From Naegleria gruberi (lineage: Eukaryota): a stretch of 64,000 bases of DNA. A model generated the notes under the pieces. That model did no database searches. It was not told where the DNA came from and saw only the letters and a program-made list of their open reading frames with translations. This document shows positions 22,877-34,024 of this stretch, piece by piece. Location of the stretch: NCBI GenBank assembly GCA_000004985.1, contig GG738885.1; one strand, written 5' to 3'. Both the position numbers and the translations under genes were made by a program. Each line of letters starts with the position of its first letter. Position 1 is the stretch's first letter.

Positions 22877-23160
22877 TTAAGCGTTGTATGTTGCTTGATC
22901 TTCTTGTTCTTCATCCTTATCAGTAGTATTATATAACAATAATTTTTCAATAAGTTCGACGTGGGTAAGCAACATTCTTCTACAACAATATCTCTTCAAG
23001 CCTAATGTATTTAAAGCATCACTAACAACAAATCCATCTATTAAATCATCAGTATTTACACTTACTTTTCAGGATATTCGGAATTCAAAAGTTGGAGGTA
23101 CTTGTCCCATTTATTACCAATAACTTTACCACAAGTAAAACAACGAACAGGGATGATCAT
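22877..23160 (-). CDS. RPB10: DNA-directed RNA polymerases I/II/III subunit RPABC5 (RPB10); absent from the supplied ORF track
   Basis: The minus-strand ATG at 23160 opens exon 1 ([31 protein letters not shown]). A 44-nt intron (23022..23065, GTAAGTG...TTGTTAG) follows. Exon 2 encodes [48 protein letters not shown] and ends at a TAA. The product is collinear with human POLR2L, including the CxxC zinc site and the RYCCRRM motif. Confidence 0.85.
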
Positions 23161-23513
23161 TTTTTTTGAATGCAAAATTATCCAACGTTTTTTTTTTAAA
23201 TTTAAAAAACAACTTGAAGATTGTGTGAAGAATGTGAAGTTAAATGTTATTTAAAACATTGACTATTACATATTCTGAGCTTATCATAGGCAGTTGATTC
23301 ATTGTATCTCAACTTTCTGTTCACTAATCCATAATCCAAAATGCAGCAACATGAACCATTTGCTCACACCTCAATCAACCCAAGTAAATGTGCTTTGCAA
23401 ATTAATCTTAATAAGTCTTTTAACCTTCACAACATACCTTTCATATTACCCGCCATAACAACTCTCACCTTTTCAAAAAGTAAACTCCTCAAATAATTCA
23501 TCCTCAATATCGA

Positions 23514-23522
23514 GCGCCAAAA
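23514..23522 (+). promoter_or_regulatory. GCGCCAAAA element about 40 bp upstream of the GH31 ATG
   Basis: The site cgagcgccaaaaaaa is another member of the recurrent CGCCAAAA motif family. Confidence 0.2.
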
Positions 23523-23558
23523 AAACCCTTTAAAAACACGCGACTGAGCATTAAAAAA

Positions 23559-25867
23559 ATGTCAAACACGATTGCAACCAAGATGAGCTGCAAGAGTGCT
23601 ATGGTTCTTGTTGTCCTGATGATGGTAATGATGTTGATGGCGATTGGATTGTTGGCCAAGAGTGTACAAATAGATAGTGAAGATTATGTTGTACCACCAG
23701 TGCCTTTACAAAAGGCTCCGTATGCAGAGTGGGCTCATCATCATTGGGTGTGGTAAGTGATCAGTGTGTTGATAGTTTTATTCAATTAGTGATGATGATT
23801 TTGTGTTATTGATGATTTTGTGGATGTCAAATGAAATTGTAGGATTGATCACGGTAGAGAAAATCAACAAACATTGATGAATCTTGTAAATAGTTATCTT
23901 TCTTATGATATTCCAGTTGGAGCTATTGATATTGACTCTGAATGGAGTACTGGCATTAACAACTTTATTATTGACAAGTAGGTTATTCTTTGAATTATTC
24001 ATCATCAAACGAAAATTTCATCATGCATGATGGCTTGTAATTGTGATAGGAACAAATTCCCAAACATGTATCAATTTGTGAAAACACTTCACTCTATGAA
24101 TATCAGAGTTATTTGTTGGGTGACTAGTGTTGTTAATGTGGATTCATCAAATTACAACGAAGGAAAAGAGAAAGGATATTATTTGAATTCTGGATCCACT
24201 GTTAAATGGTGGCATGGACACGGAAGTTTTATTGATTATTCCAATCCTGATGCATTGAATTGGTGGCATAATCAATTGAATAATTTATTAATTTTGAATG
24301 AAACTGACAAGTCTGTTGGTATTGATGGATGGGTAAGTGGAAAAATCAATGTGGTTGACCTCAATCCTTTCTTAGAAATGTGATGGAACTGATCCATATG
24401 TCTTTGAATTTATTTACATTCATGGCCATAAAGGACATATTTCAGAACGTGAATATGCTAACATGTATTATAGAGATTTCTTCTATTATACTAGACAAAT
24501 TAGAGGAGATGATGCTTTAATTATGGCTCGTCCAGTTGACTCGTTCTTAGGATATGTGTACCTTGATTTTGCTCCAAGAGATGTTGTAAGTTTTTTGAAA
24601 GTATTATGTTATTTAAAGTTGTTTGATTTAAAAAAAGGTTTTCAGTGGTTGGGTTGGTGATCAAGATCCAACATTTGAGGGTTTGCAAAATGCCATTAAG
24701 AACATGTTCCACTCAGCTTGGAATAAGTATGTTTCCTTTGGTATGTTGTTTTTTTAAGACATGTTTTAATAAGTCTTCCTAAAACCAGGTACTGATATTG
24801 CTGGTTATCGTGGAGGTGGAAAGAGAGATCTTTCTTTATACATTAGATGGTTCCAAATGGGAACATTCAATGGATTGATGGAAAATGGTGGTAATGGTGT
24901 TCATGAACGTAAGTATTAAATGGAAAATGGTAAAAATTACAATAATGAACTAGCATGGGGATATGATACTCCTAGTTTGAATGTCACAAATATTTACAGA
25001 AGATACGTTCATATTCACTATGAATTGAATCCTTACTTGTACTCTGCTGGTATTAATGCTTATGCCAACGACAAGAGTATCATGACACCACAATGGTAAG
25101 TTATCTTTATACTGTTTTCTATAATGTGATATTTCAGTTCTTACACCATGTTCACACCTGAATTTTGGACCTACACCCTTGGAGACAATATTCTCGTTAC
25201 TCCAATGGTTGATTCTTCTTCTAATGTTGTGGTGTTCTTCCCTAAGGGTAAATGGGTTGACTATTTCAATCATGATCGTATTATTGAAGGAGGTCAAACT
25301 ATGACTCTCAATTACACTTCATATGATCAATTCCCAGTTTTCTATAAGGCAGGAAGCATCTTGCCATTCAATATTACCTCAGATCATGTCAATTTGTTTG
25401 GTAATTCCAGAACTAACAGAGGTTATTTGACTATTGCAATTCACTATCCACATGATAATACTGAACAAGTTCAAGATATTGAATCACATGGAATCCAAGT
25501 TAGATATATTAAGAATACTGCTGACAATACTCTTTCTGTTTCAATTTCTGCTCCAAACTCTTTCAGAAAAGATTTCAAGAATTTGAAATTCTTGCTGGAT
25601 ATTCGTGGAATGGTTCCTTCATCACCATCAGGATATAAGATTTCTCAATATTCATTCTACGAAAAGGAGTATGTCAACTTGCAAAGGGTTGATAATGTTG
25701 AATCATTCAATCGTAACATTCCATCATTTGGTTCCTATGTTCACATGCCAATCTCCAAGTATTCTGTTTTCAATTCAAAGAATCAAATTGTTGATTCTCA
25801 AAAGCACCAACCAGTCTTGATTAAATTGCATGATATCATCAGAGGCGTCAAATTGGTCATTCAATAA
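23559..25867 (+). CDS. Glycoside hydrolase family 31 protein (alpha-glucosidase/xylosidase-like), eight exons
   Basis: The exons are 23559..23752 (signal peptide), 23843..23977, 24050..24332, 24376..24585, 24638..24740, 24789..24908, 24954..25095 and 25138..25867. They are joined by 42-90-nt GTAAGT/GTAGGT/GTATGT...AG introns. The spliced product carries GH31 blocks (WIDHGREN..GAIDIDSEWS, KWWHGHGSFIDYSNPDALNWW, GTDIAGYRGG..LYIRWFQMGTFNGLMEN, ERPWGYD). Confidence 0.8.
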
Positions 25868-25917
25868 AATTTCAAAATTGTTTTTACTAATTTCTCAATC
25901 ATACTTTACAAATTATT

Positions 25918-26871
25918 TTACAAAATTGTGAACAAGCTCATTAAAATTACAATCATGAATCCAATAATCACCCTTGATGGTGATGATTGACTTTCTCCAT
26001 CACTCGAACGATTTGTCTTGGCAGTAAAAACTCCATAATATGAACCACTTCCAAATGTTCTCACATAACATTTCGTACACTGATTTGCATTATTACTTTT
26101 CCACCTATTTAAATCAAAAGCATCAGCAACCAATGCATGAACTTTCTTATTTCCAACAAGATTGAATTGTTCATCATAACTAGTTGGTACTCTTTCAGCA
26201 TATTTAAATGTCTGGTTGACTATATCTTCATAAATTGATCCAATATAGTAACCAATCTTGAAATTTGGTTTATCCATTTCAGATAATGAAGTAACATTAG
26301 GATAAATATCAATATCTAAATCACTTCTCAAGAATGCATCAAGTGAATATCCATATGGACAAGTGGCAAAGTTAACATCGGCAACTCTGTCAGCTGTAAT
26401 GGTTGTATCGGAAACTACCACATCACACCTTCCATCATTCACATAACTTTTCATAGTTTCGAAAAATCCCATTTCTGTTGTATTGACCAACACAAATTGT
26501 GTCTTTAATGAAAGTCTGAAATTCGAATTAATATTCGAAACAATGCTTTCACCCACCAATTGATACAAACCAATCCAAGCCTGTTCAATATCTTGTGCAT
26601 CTTCGTAACACATCTTGAGTGAGGAGACAGATGATGGAATTGGGTTTCGTGAAGGAAAGGAAGGAGAAACTGAACATGTAGGAGGACTCAGAGGTAAATT
26701 CTTATTCACATAATCGATAAATGTTGAGGAGGCGACCATTCTAGAAGTAGCAGCTTCTACTGCTTGGTTGAATTCAATACTCGAAACTATAGATTGTGAG
26801 ATGGAAACTTGACTAAAGAATAGAATAAACAATGAAAGACAAAGAGTAATACAGGAATGATATCTAGTCAT
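25918..26871 (-). CDS. Signal-peptide, C-terminally anchored protein with a periplasmic solute-binding (family 3, PBPb-like) fold
   Basis: A signal peptide (MTRYHSCITLCLSLFILFFSQVSISQ) leads the protein. The core has the two-lobed PBPb pattern (RCDVVVSDTTITADRVADVNFATCPYGYS ... KIGYYIGSIYEDIV ... KVHALVADAFDL). A hydrophobic C-terminus (VIIGFMIVILMSLFTIL) follows, suggesting a TM or GPI signal. The family call rests on pattern recognition only. Confidence 0.4.
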   Translation of the reverse strand: MTRYHSCITLCLSLFILFFSQVSISQSIVSSIEFNQAVEAATSRMVASSTFIDYVNKNLPLSPPTCSVSPSFPSRNPIPSSVSSLKMCYEDAQDIEQAWIGLYQLVGESIVSNINSNFRLSLKTQFVLVNTTEMGFFETMKSYVNDGRCDVVVSDTTITADRVADVNFATCPYGYSLDAFLRSDLDIDIYPNVTSLSEMDKPNFKIGYYIGSIYEDIVNQTFKYAERVPTSYDEQFNLVGNKKVHALVADAFDLNRWKSNNANQCTKCYVRTFGSGSYYGVFTAKTNRSSDGESQSSPSRVIIGFMIVILMSLFTIL

Positions 26872-27631
26872 TTTTTAGAATAATGATAACAGTATTTTCA
26901 CAAGCCATAGTTGAAAGATTCGTCAATAAAATGCGAAAGAAACCAGACGAAAACTAAATGCTACCAAAACAGTTCAATATTTCCTACTTTCATCACTACC
27001 ATTTTAGGAAGGATCATAGAAATTCGGCAAGAGATTGTTTGAATTGGTCACTTGTCATTTCGCATAACATTATATTCATGTTAGAATAGTATTGATGTTG
27101 GGGATTTGTTTTAGATGGAAAGTTGTCCGTTGTTGTATTTACATAAATATGAAGATTCGAATGAGATTCATATTCAAGTAGTACAGATTCAGAATCACCA
27201 TGTTTCGTTGGAGTTTCCTCTATTTTTCTTTGGGTTGTTAGTTACTTTCTTTCCTCACTTGTAGAGTTTCAAATTTCATTGCTTTACTTGCTTACTGCCT
27301 CACACATTTATTCGAAAAAGAAGAATTGAGATTTAATACGTAAATTGTTCTTTTTCAGCATGTTTTTGTGCGGATTTTTGACTTGACTATAATTAGTGGA
27401 GGTTGTTGAAGCGTATTCTATTGAGATTTTCACTTTCGTTGTATCTTCAATTCATAAATTTCAATTTTCTTTTTATTAAAATGAATATTCAATATTGGGG
27501 CCATCAATTTGTGAATTTGTTGGATTTTTCTCATATTTTGTAAAACTCGTCAACTAATCAGCAATCAAAGGAATGAGTCAAATTGTCGACATTTTAAAAG
27601 AAATGGATGATTTTTTCAAAAAGAAAACAAC

Positions 27632-27871
27632 ATGCCACCTAAACCTCTCCCAGTTTTCAATAACACTGCTACAGGTCACGGAGAGCCATACAAAGGCAAC
27701 ATAAACGCTCCTCATATCGTTCACTATGGTGTAAATCAGACCACTGGTCAAGTACTTCCAATGACAAGAGCTCCAAATCGTGGTGAGAAAGCTCCAGGCA
27801 ATGGTCAAACCTTACATGGTGGAGTAGTTGGTGAAAGAGATAAAGGAGGAAAAAGAGTTGTTTGGCACTGA
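27632..27871 (+). CDS. Small Gly/Pro-rich hypothetical protein (79 aa)
   Basis: The ATG sits in an aacaacATGcc context. The product has no hydrophobic segments and repeated GxG/KG motifs. It is unsupported beyond ORF integrity. Confidence 0.3.
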   Translation: MPPKPLPVFNNTATGHGEPYKGNINAPHIVHYGVNQTTGQVLPMTRAPNRGEKAPGNGQTLHGGVVGERDKGGKRVVWH

Positions 27872-28005
27872 AGTCTTTTCTGTAATTTGGTCTCTACAAT
27901 GTTTTAAGATATCAGTGGTTATGTTAATCATCAATTTCTATGTCATTTCTCAATACGAATTGTATGAAAAATCCAGATCTGTGAATGAAATTTTCTTTTA
28001 TTATT

Positions 28006-30881
28006 TTACCACAAACATTGTTTCAACATGACCAAAATTCGTTTCCATTTTTCATTCTCTTTAGTGTCAGTATTTCTATTCGAATGCATGCCAATAATGT
28101 TTAAGAAAACTTGTTCTAACGAATCTTGATTCAAGGCAAATTCCTCAATTCCATTTCCAACCTTTCCTTCTTCCATGTGTTTGAATAAACCTGAGAGAGA
28201 TTTGATTTCTTCTTCCTCCTCTTCAATGTAAATGTTATTAGAAAGTGATATTGGAAAGTGTGGAATTTTGAAAATTGACATTGTTTCTGATAGAATTAAA
28301 TCCTTTCTTGCTTGTGGAACATACTTGAGCACATATTGTTCAGCCAAACTTTCGAATTGTTTCGGATAACTTATACTCAATACATAACCATCTCCAAACT
28401 TATTTTTCAATCTCAATCCAGATCCCAAACATTTAAATTCACCATTTGACATGATTGTCATCCTATCACACAAAACGTCAGCTTCTTCCATTGAGTGAGT
28501 TGTCAAAATGACAGTTCGATTCTTCTTTTGTTCTAAAATAATGTCCCATAAATGTCTTTTAGAAAGTGGATCTAATCCAGTGGTTGGTTCATCTAAGAGA
28601 ATTACCTTAGGATCTCCTATTAAGGAAATGGCAATTGACAGGCGACGTTTCATGCCTCCTGAGAGTGATTTTGAAGGTGGAGAATTCTTCATCTTGAGAG
28701 TTTCATTATCTAAACCAACTTGTTTCAATAAAGATTGAATGTGTTGTTTTTCATGTTTGATTTTGACAGCTTTCAATCTTGCATAAAATAATAAATGATC
28801 TTCACATGTCAAGTCTGGATATAAAATATCGAACTGAGAGGTCAGACCCATAATCTTGTGAATGGAATCCATTTCTGTACGAATATCTTTACCATATACG
28901 AAAGCAGTTCCAGAGCTAGGTCCAAACATTCCTGACAACATTGAAATAGTTGTTGATTTACCAGCTCCATTCAATCCCAATAAACCAAAGCATTCGGATT
29001 TACCAATTCTTAGACAAATATTGTTGACTGCTGTTTTTGAGTTGAATTTCTTTTCTAGATTAAAGAGAACAACACCAAAATCATTCTTCAACTTTCGAAT
29101 ATGTTCTTCCTGTTGATCTCGAGTAAGATTGGGTGGAGTTACTCGATTATTCTCCTCGGCAACATCTGAATCTATTGTTGCTATTTGATTTTCTTCATCT
29201 ATTGTTGGTTTTACTCTCTTTCCAGAGATTCGTTTCTTTAGAATATTTCTAAAAGGTTTCCATAACCAATTCATAAAGAAAAGTGGACTCTTTGACACGC
29301 CAAATGGTTGGGGAATGACAGCATCTAAATACAATCCAAGAATCATGTATACTAAACTCATTCCCAACATGTAAATCAACGAATAGAATACTGAGCTATT
29401 GTTGTAAATATCGACAAAGTTGGTGATGCAACCATTGCCAGAATTACACGCAGCTGTGGTAGCATATACGAAATGAGTGATTTGGAATGGAAAGATTGTC
29501 AAGATACCATATTTGGACTCTGGAACATTCGTATAAAGTGACGAATCTAGAATTACGCCAACCATTGGTCCAATAAGAACAATCAGATAGGAAACTATTG
29601 TGGCTACAATAGTAGTCCCAATACATGAAGATAATAAGAATGAGAAACTAATCAGCAAATTTCCCCACAATAAGAAAAATATAACTATTAGAAAGTTAGG
29701 AAACAAACATCTTTCCAACAACAATACTTACTCAAAATTATTGGGTTCGTCTTGGTAACAAAGCTGAAATTAAAGAGTGCAGAGAATATTATAAACATTA
29801 CAACTGAAATTGCATACATTCCATAAAAGAACATATACGAAACAAGAAAGTAATATCTCATCTTCATTCCCATAAGTTTCATCATTTCACGCAACTTGAA
29901 CTGCTTTTCCATGACAATTGTAAACGTAAAAGAAGGCAACAGCAAACATAATATCATTGGGAAAAACAATGAACCCAACAAATCCGAAATGTTAGCCGAA
30001 GGAAAACTAATGGTATAACTCATTTGAGATGTATAGGTTCTGATATTGTATCTACCAGTAATATTCTTCAAAAAGGCGTCATTCATCCAATGTTGCATGG
30101 AAACTCCCATTACATTTCTGCAACTTGTGATTACAAAGCTGATTGGAATGGTTTTGGACAAGTAGTCACAGAAAAGTGACTTTTCATTGGAATCGTATTG
30201 GATTGTGTAGTTTAAAATAGCTCTGGTTGATGTTGTCAATTGATTAATGATATAACCACCGACAGCATCAAGAGCATGTTTGGATTTTCCATCAGATGCC
30301 AATTTTTCATAAATGACATTTTCCATTTCTGTGCTATTGTTGAATGATGAGACAGAGTATGGAATTGATATCATACCAGTTGTTTCAAAAGTACCATTCA
30401 CTTGCATGGATGGAATTTTTCTTGAAAACGGACTGAAATCTTTCAAGAATCCATTCGAAACTCCAAACTTTGAAGAAAGTTGCCCAAAATTAATATTGTC
30501 CAGATAGTCCCTTCTATTGGAAGAAAAATAAATTGATTCTGGAGGATTGAAAGTCAAGTTTTGTGAATTCTTCACTTGAACCATCAGTTGAGATAGCTCA
30601 ACTGAGGTTGAGTTGACTTTCGTATTTGCCAAACCTTGTTCAGAAAGAAAATTATTGGTCAAATCTTTAGTAACCACTTGTAACAAGAATATAAACACCA
30701 AACAAATGACTGGAAAGAACAATAGACAGCAGTTGGACCTTCGTATTGATAATTCGAAACAATTCGAAAGAAACACTTACTTTTTCTGTTTCATTTGCAA
30801 TGAGAATGACTTGAAGAGTAAACCCCTAACTTGACTCAAATCTTTGGACAAGTTAGTGTCCATTATCAAGTCACTGTTCAT
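28006..30881 (-). CDS. ABC transporter, A subfamily half-transporter (TMD-NBD), three exons
   Basis: Exon 1 is 30881..30781 (MNSDLIMDTNLSKDLSQVRGLLFKSFSLQMKQK). A 42-nt intron (30739..30780) follows. Exon 2 runs 30738..29732 and begins KSNCCLLFFPVICLVFIFLL. The junction reproduces the ABCA N-terminus ([30 protein letters not shown]). A 47-nt intron (29685..29731) precedes exon 3 (29684..28006), which encodes the NBD with Walker A (LLGLNGAGKSTT), the signature (LSGGMKRRLSIAISLIG) and Walker B (ILLDEPTTGLDP). Confidence 0.85.
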
Positions 30882-31133
30882 TATTAAATATTTTAATTTT
30901 TTTGGATTCTTTACTTTTGAACTGTTTAGTCCATACTATTATATTAGTTAGTCATGATTCTAATGTAAATGTTGTTGGAAGCAAAAAGGAGGTGGAAAAG
31001 GAGTTTGGGGCTGCGGCGAATCCTAAATAGGTCAACTATAAGTCGAAAAGATATACTCGAAAGTAGTTTAAACTTGATAGATGATGAAAGCAACAAGAAA
31101 ATTGTCTCATATTTGAAAACTCCATAAAAAAGA

Positions 31134-33870
31134 ATGAAATATCTTGTTGAGGTGTTGAAACAAACACTTGTATTACTCAAGAAGAATGCCTTGCTATATG
31201 TAAGTGTTTCTTTATAGTTTCGTCTGACATGTAATTATTCCAAAGACAAGAAGATGGAAGTCCACATGTTTACAACTCGCTTCGCCAATCATTATTCTTG
31301 CCATCTTACTCATCATGTCTCTAATCATGGAAGTAAACTTTGACAAATCAATTCTTACTCAACCAACAAGAAATATTCATGAAATTGAAATTCCAAGAGA
31401 AGGAAATTCTAAAAAGTTACAATTCTATGAATGTAAAGCAGCACCTAATGTTCCATGCTACAAGATAGTCTACACATCTGATGGAATTTCATTTGGAGAA
31501 ACTGTCATGAGTCAACTTGTGTCAGATTATCAATTAAAACTTGACAAGGACTTTAAGAATTTCACATCTGTAAAAGAAATGGAAGCATGGATGTTTAGCC
31601 ACCAGAATGAAACAATGTTTGGTCTTGCGTTCATACCAAACTCCATTTTGGATACAGTTGATACTTTATCTTACACACTTTACTATAATAGGTCAAGAGA
31701 GGAATTACATTTTCCATTGTTGAGTTTACAAAACATAATTGATAACAATATAATCTATTTAAGAATGAAAGAGTTGAATAGAACTCAAGATTTGATGGAT
31801 TCTAGATACTCTGTCCAAGTTGACTATAAGAGTTTTCCTCAACCATTGACAACCAAAGATGGACAAACTTTAGTTTTCAAAATTTCAGGCCCAACCTTCT
31901 TCAGCATATCCGCAATGTTTATTTTAATTGTTTCTTTGAATAATTTGGTGGTTGAAAAAGAGTTTCGTCTCAGATTTTCAATGATCATGATGGGAATGAA
32001 AGAATCGGCATATTTCCTTTCATGGTTAATCACATTTTTAGTGATTAGTTTAGTTTTTGCTTTGGTGAATGTGTTGGGTGGAATGATCTTTCAAATGTCC
32101 ATATTTTTGAATGCAAATTTTGTTGTTTTGTTTCTTTTATTCTTTAGTTTCTCATTTTCACTTATTTGCCTTTCATTCTTTCTGTCAACTTTTATTAAGG
32201 AATCAAGAAATGCATTAATTCTTGGATTTACAGTTTTGGCTATATCATTTGTAAGTTCTCAATATTTTTTGTAATTTATAATATTGGAGAAAGATATTGA
32301 ACTTGACAGTTTCGAATGGAGGAATTGTTTATCTTCTCTATTCAGACAAAATTTCTCCCTTCTTCTATATCATCTTCTCATTCTATCCACCATTTAATTT
32401 TGCAAAGGTTTTCATTGATATTGCTTCTAAAACCTTACCTGAATACGATTCTGCACTGAGAAGATTTGTTAGTGGTCCTGGTTACTCTTTTACAGATTTT
32501 TTTGTTGGAAAGAACTCTTATGATTATGTACCTGCTTCTTGGATTGGAGTTGGTCTCTTGTTCCTAGACGGTTTGTTCTTTCTAATCCTGTATTGGTATT
32601 GTGACAATGTCATTTCTGATGGAAACGGTATTCGAAAGTCACCAATCTTTTTTCTCTATCCTTCCTATTGGGGAATTCAATGCTTTCGTTCAAAGGAACA
32701 CAAAGCACCATCAGATGATAACATTACCTTCTCCAAATTTGAAACAGATGATGTCAAGGTAGAATTTAAAAGAGCAAGAGATTGGAGTCAACCAGCAATT
32801 GTTAGAATCATTTCATTAAGGAAAACATTTTCTGGCTTTTTTTCAAGAATTGCACACAAAATACTTCCTCAAAAGTATGCTGACAAATTTTCAGAGAAGA
32901 AAGCACTCAAAGAGTTGAATCTTGTTGTGAGGGATAATGAATGTGTCAGTTTGTTAGGGCATAATGGAGCTGGCAAGTCAACTACAATGAATATTTTGAC
33001 AGGTTTGTTTGAGCAATCACATGGTGAGGCATATGTTTCTGATTTAGATGTTAAAACTTCCATTTCTGCTGTTAGAAAACAGCTTGGCATTTGTCCTCAA
33101 CATGACATTTTGTGGGATGATTTGACAGCTGAAGAACATTTGGAATTATTTGGAGATTTGAAAGGAATTCCAAGAAAAGAATGTAAAGAGCAAGTTAAAT
33201 CGTTATTAGATTCTGTCGAGCTGTCAAAAGTTGGACATCATTTGACAAAGACTTATTCTGGTGGAATGAAGAGAAGATTATCCATCTGTATTGCATGTAT
33301 TGGAAATCCTAAATTGATTCTTCTCGATGAACCAACAACTGGATTAGTAAGTAAGCTCTTCAATTATTCATTTACCAACTCTATTCGAAATAGGATCCCT
33401 ATTCAAGAAAGAAAGCTTGGAATTTAATTCACAACATGAAAAAAGGAAGAGCCATGATTTTGACAACACATGCAATGGATGAGGCTGATTATCTTTCGGA
33501 TAGAATTGCAATCATGGCCAATGGTGAGTTGAAATGTATTGGAACCTCACTTTCAATCAAATCTCAATATGGAAGTGGTTACAACTTGATGGTTGTGGCC
33601 AATTCAGGTCACGAAGATAGTATTCTCACATTAATCCAACATAAAGTTAAAGATCTCAAGGTTGTGAGTGAAAATGCTGGAAATTTCATATTTAACATTC
33701 CAAAGCATCAAGTGAGTGAACTTTCTGATTTGATTTCAGAAATGGAAAAGCAATCATCTAGAATAGATGGTATCATTAAGGATTGGGGAATTTCTCAAAC
33801 CACATTAGAAGAGGTCTACTTGAAAGTTACTCAAAAGTCAGAGTTTTCCTTTTCCAAAAACAAAACCTGA
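31134..33870 (+). CDS. ABC transporter, A subfamily half-transporter (TMD-NBD), four exons; divergent paralog of the upstream gene
   Basis: Exon 1 is 31134..31199 (MKYLVEVLKQTLVLLKKNALLY). A 46-nt intron (31200..31245) follows. Exon 2 (31246..32250) begins TRRWKSTCLQLASPIIILAILL. An approximately 43-nt intron precedes exon 3 (about 32294..33346), which encodes Walker A (LLGHNGAGKSTT) and the signature (YSGGMKRRLSICIACIG). A 47-nt intron (33347..33393) precedes exon 4 (33394..33870), which encodes DPYSRKKAWNLIHNMKKGRAMILTTHAMDEAD. Confidence 0.85.
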
Positions 33871-34024
33871 TTGTTGATAAAGCACCAACATTCCTTTACA
33901 ACAATCAAAACTCTTTCAATGACAGTGTAATCCAATCAATTCAATACTTGTTACTAAAATCTGTAAAACTCTAAAGATTCTCATCACACAATAAAATTAA
34001 CTTTTTTTTGCATTTAAAAAAAAA

